From Gemmatimonas sp. (GTDB taxonomy: Bacteria > Gemmatimonadota > Gemmatimonadetes > Gemmatimonadales > Gemmatimonadaceae): a stretch of DNA of 64,000 nt. The stretch covers positions 5,120,001 to 5,184,000 of the forward strand of contig OZ257156.1 of assembly GCA_965279375.1 (NCBI GenBank), read 5' to 3'. Shown here piece after piece: positions 40,561-48,865 of the stretch (the stretch's first letter is position 1; each line of letters opens with the position of its first letter). A program made the position numbers and the translations under genes. The notes under the pieces were generated by a model. That model ran no database searches. It had not been told where the DNA came from and saw only the letters and a program-made list of their open reading frames with translations.

Positions 40561-41001
40561 ATGCTACCCAAACTCTTCGACCATCTGCGCTGGGCAGACG
40601 CGCGTACGCTGACCTCGCTGCGCGCGATGCGTGAGGCTCCTCCGCAGGCGATGGATCTGTTCGCTCACCTGCTCGCGGCGCAACACGTCTGGTTGCGACG
40701 TATCGAAGCGGCGCCAACGGCGTACGAAGTGTTCCCCAGGCTTTCCCTCGACGAGATCGAGCGGCTGATGCACGCCAACCACGCGGAGTTCGATCGCATC
40801 GCGCAGGCCAGCGCGTCGGAGCTCGACCGCGTGGTGCACTACTCCAACAGCAGCGGAAACAGCTTTGAGATGCCGGTGCGTGACATCCTGCTGCACGTCA
40901 CGCACCACTCGATGTATCACCGCGGACAGGTCGCGCTCATCGTTCGCGCCGCGGGTGGAACACCCGTGGGAACGGACCTGATCGTCTTCCTGCGCGAGTA
41001 A
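40561..41001 (+). CDS. DinB-family protein
   Basis: HL.WA, HLLAAQHVWL.R, ILLHVTHHSMYHRGQV. ATG at 40561. Confidence 0.85.
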   Translation: MLPKLFDHLRWADARTLTSLRAMREAPPQAMDLFAHLLAAQHVWLRRIEAAPTAYEVFPRLSLDEIERLMHANHAEFDRIAQASASELDRVVHYSNSSGNSFEMPVRDILLHVTHHSMYHRGQVALIVRAAGGTPVGTDLIVFLRE

Positions 41002-41015
41002 TCGGTCGCGCGCGG

Positions 41016-42242
41016 TCAGCGTTCCGCGAAGACCGCGCGCAGTTGCTCCACGGCCCACGCCAGATCGTCGCGTTCCACGACCAGCGGCGGCGACAGGCGA
41101 ATCACCACGGCGTGTGTCTCCTTGCACAGCACGCCACGCTCCTTGAGCGCCTCGCAAAACGGGCGCGCGGCCTCGTGCAGCTCGATAGCGACCATGAGGC
41201 CGCGACCGCGCACCGCCTTGATGCTTGGGTGCGCGAGTCCTCGCACCTGCTCGAGGAACCATGCGCCGTGTGACGCTGAACGCTCCACGAGGAATTCGTC
41301 GCTGAGCACGCGCATCGCGGTCCGCGCCACGGCGCACCCCAATGGGTTGCCACCGAACGTGCTGCCATGCGAGCCGGGCTCGAACACGCCCAGCACCTCG
41401 CGCCGCGACACGACCGCCGACACGGGATAGAACCCGCCAGAGAGCGCCTTGCCGAGCACGTACATGTCCGGTGTCACGTCCTCGTGATCGCAGGCGAACA
41501 TGCGTCCCGTGCGTCCGAGCCCCGTCTGAATTTCATCGGCGATCAGCAGCACGTTCTCGGTGCGACACAACGCGGACAGCTCGCGCAGAAAACCGGCGGG
41601 TGGCAGGAGCACGCCGGCTTCGCACTGGATCGGTTCGATCAGCACCGCGCACGTGGTGCCGTTCATCGCGGCGCGCACCGCCTCGATATCGCCGAAGGGT
41701 ACGAGCACAAAGCCCGGTGCGAACGGGCCAAAGTGTTCGCGATACGCGGGCTCCGAGGAGAAGCCAACGATCGTCGTCGTGCGCCCGTGAAAGTTGTTCT
41801 CGAACGCGATGATAGTGGCCTGGCCGTCGGGAATCCCCTTCTCACGGTATCCCCAGCGGCGAGCTGCCTTGATGGCGGTCTCCACTGCCTCGGCGCCGGT
41901 GTTCATCGGGAGCACCATCTCCATGCCGCACAGCGCCGCCAGCTCTTCGCAGAAGGCACCTAACTGCTCGTTGCGGAATGCGCGGGACGTCAGCGTGACA
42001 CGCGACGCCTGCTCGATCATCGTCGCCAGAATACGCGGATGACAGTGCCCCTGATTGACCGCGGAATACGAGCTGAGGCAGTCGAGGTAGCGTCGCCCCT
42101 CCACGTCGGTCACCCACGCGCCCGACGCGTGCGCGACGACAAGATCGAGCGGATGATAGTTGTGTGCTCCCCACGCTTGCTCACGTGCGATGCACTCCTC
42201 TGTCGCGTCCATCAGCGAGGCACCGAAATTTGCTGCGGTCAT
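41016..42242 (-). CDS. rocD: Ornithine--oxo-acid aminotransferase
   Basis: AHNYHPL, SAVNQGH.HP, LTSRAF, MNTGAEAVE, FHGRT, DEIQTGLGRTG, GKALSGG, HGSTFGGNP. Confidence 0.95.
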   Translation of the reverse strand: MTAANFGASLMDATEECIAREQAWGAHNYHPLDLVVAHASGAWVTDVEGRRYLDCLSSYSAVNQGHCHPRILATMIEQASRVTLTSRAFRNEQLGAFCEELAALCGMEMVLPMNTGAEAVETAIKAARRWGYREKGIPDGQATIIAFENNFHGRTTTIVGFSSEPAYREHFGPFAPGFVLVPFGDIEAVRAAMNGTTCAVLIEPIQCEAGVLLPPAGFLRELSALCRTENVLLIADEIQTGLGRTGRMFACDHEDVTPDMYVLGKALSGGFYPVSAVVSRREVLGVFEPGSHGSTFGGNPLGCAVARTAMRVLSDEFLVERSASHGAWFLEQVRGLAHPSIKAVRGRGLMVAIELHEAARPFCEALKERGVLCKETHAVVIRLSPPLVVERDDLAWAVEQLRAVFAER

Positions 42243-42256
42243 CGTGGCGTCTCCGA

Positions 42257-43234
42257 TCAGAGAATGCGACGCCCGAAGGCGCTCGCGATGAGGTCAGCAC
42301 ACAGCTCGGCCGTGTGGTTCTGCCGATCGAGAATCGGGTTGATCTCGACCAGGTCCATAGCGAGCAGCGCACCGCTGTCGTGAATGATTTCCATGGCCAG
42401 GTGCGCCTCGCGCAACGTGGCTCCACCACGCACGGGTGTACCAACGCCCGGCGCTTCGCCGGGGTCGACCCAGTCCGCATCGCAACTCAGGTGGATACCA
42501 CCAGTCCCACGGCTCGCGATGGCAACCGCTTCGTCCATCACGGCGCGCAGTCCACGCTCGTCGATGTCGCGCATGGTGAACGCGCGAATACCGCGCGCTT
42601 GGATGAACTGGCGCTCTGCCGCGTCCACATCGCGCAGCCCCACATAGACCAGCTGTTCGGCGCGCACGGCGGGAAAGACCGATGCAAGACGCGACAGACG
42701 CGAATCACCCTCGCCGAGCAAGTGGGCAACGGGCATGCCGTGCACGTTGCCGCTCAACGTGGTGTCCGGCGTGTTCACGTCCGCGTGCGCGTCGAGCCAG
42801 ATCAACCCGACGCGCTCACCACGCTCCGCAAGCGCCGTCGCCGTGCCCGCGACCGAACCTGCCGCCAGCGAGTGATCACCGCCCAACACCAGTGGACGCA
42901 CTCCGGAGCGAACCGCGAGCGCAGTGCGTTCGGCCACCTCACGACAAACGTCGGCGATCGCCGCAAGCAGTGCCCCGGGCGCCGGCGAAATCGAGGCACG
43001 ATCGGGCACCACCACATTGCCCACGTCGGACACAGAGTAGCCCAACTGTTCGAGCAGGGTGGCGAGGTTTGCCAGCCGCATCGCGGACGGCCCCATGTCT
43101 ACGCCGCGCCGGCTCGCCCCCAGATCCATGGGGACGCCAATGAGCTGCACGGCGCCCATCTTCGGTACCGCGGGCGGCATCGCGGCCGTGCGCTCCGCGG
43201 TGCCCGAATGGCCTGAAATCAGTGTGGTAGTCAT
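42257..43234 (-). CDS. rocF: Arginase
   Basis: RRGVDMGP, LGGDHS, WLDAHAD.NT, SGNVHGM, D.D.VDP, PGVGTP, EINP. Start uncertain (43234, or 43180/43159). Confidence 0.93.
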   Translation of the reverse strand: MTTTLISGHSGTAERTAAMPPAVPKMGAVQLIGVPMDLGASRRGVDMGPSAMRLANLATLLEQLGYSVSDVGNVVVPDRASISPAPGALLAAIADVCREVAERTALAVRSGVRPLVLGGDHSLAAGSVAGTATALAERGERVGLIWLDAHADVNTPDTTLSGNVHGMPVAHLLGEGDSRLSRLASVFPAVRAEQLVYVGLRDVDAAERQFIQARGIRAFTMRDIDERGLRAVMDEAVAIASRGTGGIHLSCDADWVDPGEAPGVGTPVRGGATLREAHLAMEIIHDSGALLAMDLVEINPILDRQNHTAELCADLIASAFGRRIL

Positions 43235-43300
43235 GTCTGGAAGCTGCCCGTCGCCAGCGCTAGCAACAAGCGAGCTATATTGACATTTATGCTGCATCTT

Positions 43301-43315
43301 CTGACGTTTCGTCAG
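43301..43315. promoter_or_regulatory. Palindrome CTGACG-TTT-CGTCAG, candidate Lrp/AsnC operator
   Basis: 15-bp inverted repeat with an A/T centre in the rocF/lrp divergent region. Confidence 0.6.
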
Positions 43316-43361
43316 TCGTTTCTAGCACAATGACTTATCCGACTCGCGCCTCGGCGACCTC

Positions 43362-43784
43362 ATGGATTCTCAGGACCTTCGGCTGATCGGGCTGCTGCGC
43401 GAGAACGCGCGCATCTCCGTGGCGCAGTTGGCAAAGCTGCTTGGCGTGTCGCGTGGCACGGTACAGAACCGCATCGACCGGCTCGTGGAGCAGCGGGTGC
43501 TCCTCGGCTTCACGGTGCGCACCACGCCGGAGGCGGCGGCTTACTCGGTCCGCGCCGTGATGCTCATCAGCGTGGAGGGCGATCGATCCGACGCGATCCT
43601 CAAAGCACTCCGCGGATACCCGGAGGTCCGGTCGCTGCACACCACCAACGGGCGCTGGGACATCGTGGCCGAGTTGGGGACGGATAGTCTGCAGAGTTTC
43701 GACGAGGCACTGCGAAGCATCCGGACGATCAAAGGCATCGCCAACTCTGAGACGAGTCTATTGCTCTCAACCCACAAGGTGTAA
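43362..43784 (+). CDS. Lrp/AsnC-family transcriptional regulator
   Basis: MD..D.RL...L..NAR HTH, LHTTNGRWD, SETSLLL. Confidence 0.92.
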   Translation: MDSQDLRLIGLLRENARISVAQLAKLLGVSRGTVQNRIDRLVEQRVLLGFTVRTTPEAAAYSVRAVMLISVEGDRSDAILKALRGYPEVRSLHTTNGRWDIVAELGTDSLQSFDEALRSIRTIKGIANSETSLLLSTHKV

Positions 43785-43795
43785 CGAGCGAGGGC

Positions 43796-43822
43796 TCAAG
43801 TCGGCGCGCGCGCACGTCGATA
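43796..43822 (+). promoter_or_regulatory. Candidate sigma28 (FliA) promoter
   Basis: TCAAG-N15-GTCGATA, about 70 nt upstream of the kinase start. Confidence 0.45.
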
Positions 43823-43893
43823 CGCACAGTGGATGGGAGAAGCGATGCAGCCGCCACCCGCCGTGTGTTCCCTGCTCGAAGTGGCGCCGCGCA

Positions 43894-46800
43894 ATGGTAC
43901 AACAGCTCGTCCCCGAAGGAACCAAGCGCGCGCACGCCCCTGGGTGGTGGAAGGACGCGCTCCTGATCGTTGTCGCGCTCTTCGCACTCCAGATGGGCGT
44001 GCACTGGCTCGTCGCGCTCTCGCGCGTGACATCAGTGTTCGCGAACGAGTGGCTCGGCGCGTTGTTCATGACGGTGCTGTCCGCGCCACTCATTGCATGG
44101 ACGCTCTATCGTCGTGACCTGGAAAGCACGGCGCCAACGGCCGACCTGACAGCCAAGGGCAGCCCGCATCGCCGCGTCCGCGCTGTGCTGCACGGGACGC
44201 TGGCCGTGTTGGCGCTGACGCTTGCGCTCACCGCCGCGGTGCGGGTCAGCCACATCCGCGCGGCCACCCGTACTCCTGCGCTGGTGAGACTCGCCGGACG
44301 CCAGCACATGCTCACCGACGATGTTGTTCACGAAATCGCGGCGATTGAGCGGAGCGCAGATCAGACGCAACATCGCACGCGACTTCGCGAACTCACGTCG
44401 AGCCTGAACAGCGAGGGCATGCGCCTAGTGCGTGATCTGGACTCGCTCTCGCAGTCCAATGCCTTGCAGTTCGAGTCCGCTGTGAAATCCGCGCACCAGT
44501 CACTGCAGGCACAGCGAGCGTTTCTCGCGCAGGTGCAACGCGTCATCGCGCAACAGGAGTCGCCCACGGAGGACCGCGCGGCATTGGCGTTGGCCGATGC
44601 GGCGCTCCCGCTGATGGAGGCGCTGGACGCGGAGTTGCAGCGTCTGGCGGAACAGCAGAGTCGCGATGCAGCACAGACTGCGGCCGCAGTTGCCGCCATG
44701 TTCCTCCTGTTGCTGCTCGTGACGGCCGTACTGGTTGTGGAGCCGGTGGTGCGCCTGATTCGCCGACAGCACGCGGCCACGTCACATCGTGCGGCGGAAA
44801 TCGAGCGACTCTCGATGGCGGCGCAGCACACCAACAACGCCGTGATCTTCACCGATGCACTGCGCCGGATCACCTGGGTCAACGCGGGCTTCACTCGCTT
44901 GACGGGCCACGCCGAGGCCGACGTGCTCGGCAAGTCTCCAGGCGACTTGGTGCAATGCGCACGCACGGATCCACAAACGATTCTCGCCATGCGCACGGCG
45001 CTGAACGCGGGCGAGTCGTTCCATGGGGAGATCCTCAACGTCACCAAGGATGGCCGCGAGTTCTGGCTCGATCTGGACATTCAGCCGCTGCGTAGCGCCG
45101 ACGGCGTGCTGACTGGCTTCATGGCCATCGAGACGGACATCACCGAGCAGGTCGCGCAACGCGAGCGCCTCTCGACGATCTTCGACACGGTCAGTGAGGG
45201 GCTCGTTCAGATTGGCGCCGATGGCGCCTTGCTGGAGTGGAACACGGCGGCAGAGCGAATTCTCGGGCTGACAGGCGATCAGATCCGCGGTCGCGACGCG
45301 ATCGATCCACGCTGGGGCAACATCCGGCAGGACGGCTCGCCGCTTCCGGAAGAGGAGCTGCCGGCGATCGTCACGCTACGCACCGGTGAGCCAGTTCGCG
45401 GCTTCGTGCACGGCATCCGGCACCCGAACGGCACGCGACGCTGGATCTCCGTCAGCACCGCACCCGCACGTTCGCCACGCGGCGACATCATCGCCGTGGT
45501 CGCCAGCTTCAGCGATATCACCGAGCAGCGCGAGCAGGAGGGCCGCCTGCAGCTCGTTGTAGAGGCAGCGGGGCTGGGCACCTGGGACTGTCTGGTGCAG
45601 ACGCGCGCCATGCGCTTCAACGAGCAGTTCTCGTCTATGCTGGGCTATGCACCGACAGAGTTCGACGCGCATCTGCGACAGTGGCATCGACTGATGCACG
45701 CGGACGATCGCGCGGAGGCATGGGCGGCCCTGCGCGCCCACCTCGAAGGACACCACGCGGAGTTTTCTCACGAGCATAGGCTGCTCCGCGCCGACGGCAC
45801 CTGGGCCTGGGTGCTCGTCACGGGCAGGATCACGGAGCGGACAGACGGCGGCGATCCCCTGCGCGTCGCGGGCGTCGTGCTCGACGTCTCAGTCAGCAAG
45901 CAACAAGAGTTGCGTGCCGCGCGAGCGCAGGAGCGGTTCGAGGCTGCCGTCGCCGGCACCAGCGACGGCCTGTGGGACTGGCACGTTGGCGCCGAGGAGA
46001 TCTGGTTCTCACCACGCTGTTGGGCGTTGCTCGGTTTTCCCGCAGACGGCCCCCGTCCAACGGTAACGCTGCAGAGCTTCAAGGAGCGCCTGCATGTGCA
46101 GGACAGCGAGCGGGTGATTGCCGCGCTCGACACGCTGATCAAAGACGACAGTGCGCTCGACGTCGAACTGCGTCTGCGGTTGCTCGATGGGCAGTTCCGC
46201 TGGTTCCGCATGCGCTGCAAGGCGGAGCGCGGCGAGTACGGCCATGCGCGACGGCTCGCAGGCTCCATTCAGGACATCGAGCAAAAGAAGCAAACGGAGT
46301 GCGAGCTCCAGCGCGCGCGCAGCGAGGCAGAGGCTGCGCTGCGTGAGGTGAACGCATTGCGCCTGGCGCTCGATGAGCACTCGATCATCTCCGTCGCGGA
46401 TCGGCGAGGGCGCATCATCGACGTGAACACCGGGTTCTGCCGAATCACCGGCTATTCGCGCGAGGAGCTGCTTGGGCACGACCACCGACTGCTCAATTCA
46501 GGCGTGCATCCCAAAGCCTTCTGGGTAGACGTCTGGCGCACGATCGGCAAGGGAAGTCCGTGGCGCGGCGAAGTGTGCAATCGGGCCAAGGAAGGCTCGC
46601 TCTACTGGGTGGACAGCACGATCGTGCCGTATCTGAGCGCGACCGGTGAGGTGGAGAAGTACGTATCCATTCGCTTCGACATCACGGCGCAGAAGGAATC
46701 TGAAGAACGATTGCAGAACGCAGCGGGCTCGCTCGAAGAGGCACAGGCGGTTGCCCGCATGGGCAGTTGCTCCTTCGACTTCCGAAGCGGCGCCGTCGAA

Positions 46801-48828
46801 TGGTCGAAGGAAACCTTTCATCTATTCGGCCGACCGATCAGCGATGGCCCGCCCGGCCATCCGGAGCTGCTCGACGATTTCGAAGTCGATGACGGCGTGC
46901 GATTGGAAGTCGCAGTCGCGCGTTCCAGGCAAACGGGTGAGCCATACTCGTTGGTGCTACGCACGAGTGACCGCAATCCAGACGTCCGCTATGTGCGCTG
47001 CGCAGGGCGCCCACAACTCGACGACGCCGGAATGATCGTCGGGATCTTCGGCACAGTGACCGACGTGACGGCCGAAATCGAGCGCGAGGAAGCACTGCTG
47101 GCAGCGCGGCGCGCGACAGAGGAGTTGAACACACGTCTACTCGAGACCAATCGCGTGCTGGAAGTGGCGACGGCGCATTCGACAGACATCGCGGCGCAGG
47201 CGCAGTTGGCGAGTCACGCCAAGAGTGAGTTTCTGGCCAACATGAGCCACGAAATCCGCACGCCACTCACGGCCATTCTTGGCTACACGGACATTCTCCG
47301 CGAAGATGCAGCCGCTGAAGGTCGCTCGACCACGTCGCTGGACACGATTCGGCGCGCGGGCGAGCATCTCCTCGCCGTGATCAATGACATTCTCGATCTC
47401 ACCAAGATCGAGGCGGACCGGTTGATCGTGGAACAGATCGAGACGGATCTGCCGCGATTGCTGTATGACGTGGATTCGCTCATGCGCGCGCGCGCCGTCG
47501 CCAAGTGCGTGGTGTTGACGACCTCGCTCTCCACGCCGTTGCCCGATCGCATGCTGAGCGATCCCACGCGGCTGCGGCAGATCATGATGAACCTCGTCGG
47601 CAACGCGGTGAAGTTCACCGACGCCGGACGTATCGACATTCGTGCCGGCGCCGTGCCGGTCGGCGATCGCACCATGTTGCGCATCGAAGTGCAGGACACG
47701 GGGCTTGGCATGACCGAGGCGGAGGCCGCCACGCTGTTTCAGCCGTTCGTGCAGGCGGACGCGTCGGTCACACGCAAACACGGGGGATCGGGGCTTGGCC
47801 TCACGATCTGCCGACGACTTGCGACGATGATGGGTGGCTCGGTGCACCTCGAACAGACCGCGCCCGGTGGAGGCTCCCTCTTCGCGGTCGAACTGCCTTT
47901 GGTCGCGCTGGCGGACAGCGCACTCGTGACCGATCTCGACCCATGCGTGCCGACAATTGAGTCCGCCGTGGCCGACGCATCGCCGCAATCCATGGTACAA
48001 CTCACCGGTCACGTGCTGCTCGCTGAGGATGGCGACGACAATCAACGACTGATCGCGTTCCTGTTGCACAGGGCCGGCGCGACCGTGACGATCGCTTCCA
48101 ACGGCGCGCATGCGCTGCGGGCGATCGAGGCGGCCGATGCGGAGGGCACGCCGTTCGATCTGCTCGTGACCGACATCCAGATGCCGGAGATGGATGGCTA
48201 CACGCTGGCGCGGACGTTGCGCGCTCAGGGATCCATGGTGCCGATCGTCGCCCTCACGGCACACGCGATGGCTGAGGATCGCCGCAAGTGCCTCGACGCC
48301 GGCTGCGACGACTATGCCACCAAGCCGATCGACCGCCAGCACCTGTTGTCCATATGCGCACGATGGATCGGAGAGTCGAGCACCGCGGTCGAGATCTTCC
48401 CGGACAGCTTCGGCACGTCGCACGGGCTCGATGATCCGGGCATGGAGGAAGCAGAGCTGTCCCACGCGCGGCGACGGACACTCGACGCGCACATCGTCCT
48501 CTACAGCGATCTCGAGAACGATGAGGATCTGGCGCCGCTCATCGATCAGTTCCTCGACGCGCTCGCGGACCGCATCGCCGCGGTGCAGCAGAGCCACGCC
48601 GCGGGACATCTCCTAACCGTCGCCACCGTGTGCCATCAGCTCAAGGGAGCCGCGGGAGGATATGGGTACCCAACCATCAGCGACGCGGCTTTGCGCGTCG
48701 AACAGGCGGCGCGTCATGCCTCGAACGTCGAAGAGCTTAACGCAGCCCTCAGCACGCTCGTGGCGCGATGCGACAGCGCACTTCGCGCCCGACAGGATCG
48801 CCTGCTGAACTCGGGTTCGGATCGGTGA
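43894..48828 (+). CDS. Membrane-bound multi-PAS hybrid histidine kinase with REC and Hpt domains
   Basis: TM segments, PilJ/NarX-like LAGRQHML, about 6 PAS/PAC units, FLANMSHEIRTPL, NLVGNAVKFT, GGSGLGL, DIQMPEMDG, HQLKGAAGGYG. Confidence 0.93.
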   Translation: MVQQLVPEGTKRAHAPGWWKDALLIVVALFALQMGVHWLVALSRVTSVFANEWLGALFMTVLSAPLIAWTLYRRDLESTAPTADLTAKGSPHRRVRAVLHGTLAVLALTLALTAAVRVSHIRAATRTPALVRLAGRQHMLTDDVVHEIAAIERSADQTQHRTRLRELTSSLNSEGMRLVRDLDSLSQSNALQFESAVKSAHQSLQAQRAFLAQVQRVIAQQESPTEDRAALALADAALPLMEALDAELQRLAEQQSRDAAQTAAAVAAMFLLLLLVTAVLVVEPVVRLIRRQHAATSHRAAEIERLSMAAQHTNNAVIFTDALRRITWVNAGFTRLTGHAEADVLGKSPGDLVQCARTDPQTILAMRTALNAGESFHGEILNVTKDGREFWLDLDIQPLRSADGVLTGFMAIETDITEQVAQRERLSTIFDTVSEGLVQIGADGALLEWNTAAERILGLTGDQIRGRDAIDPRWGNIRQDGSPLPEEELPAIVTLRTGEPVRGFVHGIRHPNGTRRWISVSTAPARSPRGDIIAVVASFSDITEQREQEGRLQLVVEAAGLGTWDCLVQTRAMRFNEQFSSMLGYAPTEFDAHLRQWHRLMHADDRAEAWAALRAHLEGHHAEFSHEHRLLRADGTWAWVLVTGRITERTDGGDPLRVAGVVLDVSVSKQQELRAARAQERFEAAVAGTSDGLWDWHVGAEEIWFSPRCWALLGFPADGPRPTVTLQSFKERLHVQDSERVIAALDTLIKDDSALDVELRLRLLDGQFRWFRMRCKAERGEYGHARRLAGSIQDIEQKKQTECELQRARSEAEAALREVNALRLALDEHSIISVADRRGRIIDVNTGFCRITGYSREELLGHDHRLLNSGVHPKAFWVDVWRTIGKGSPWRGEVCNRAKEGSLYWVDSTIVPYLSATGEVEKYVSIRFDITAQKESEERLQNAAGSLEEAQAVARMGSCSFDFRSGAVEWSKETFHLFGRPISDGPPGHPELLDDFEVDDGVRLEVAVARSRQTGEPYSLVLRTSDRNPDVRYVRCAGRPQLDDAGMIVGIFGTVTDVTAEIEREEALLAARRATEELNTRLLETNRVLEVATAHSTDIAAQAQLASHAKSEFLANMSHEIRTPLTAILGYTDILREDAAAEGRSTTSLDTIRRAGEHLLAVINDILDLTKIEADRLIVEQIETDLPRLLYDVDSLMRARAVAKCVVLTTSLSTPLPDRMLSDPTRLRQIMMNLVGNAVKFTDAGRIDIRAGAVPVGDRTMLRIEVQDTGLGMTEAEAATLFQPFVQADASVTRKHGGSGLGLTICRRLATMMGGSVHLEQTAPGGGSLFAVELPLVALADSALVTDLDPCVPTIESAVADASPQSMVQLTGHVLLAEDGDDNQRLIAFLLHRAGATVTIASNGAHALRAIEAADAEGTPFDLLVTDIQMPEMDGYTLARTLRAQGSMVPIVALTAHAMAEDRRKCLDAGCDDYATKPIDRQHLLSICARWIGESSTAVEIFPDSFGTSHGLDDPGMEEAELSHARRRTLDAHIVLYSDLENDEDLAPLIDQFLDALADRIAAVQQSHAAGHLLTVATVCHQLKGAAGGYGYPTISDAALRVEQAARHASNVEELNAALSTLVARCDSALRARQDRLLNSGSDR

Positions 48829-48865
48829 CATACACGCGATCGATACCGTCATCAGTGAAACTGCC

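Noticed and set aside
44820..45150. First PAS of the large kinase as a LOV photosensor
   Set aside because: It lacks the GxNCRFLQ motif and reads GKSPGDLVQ instead.
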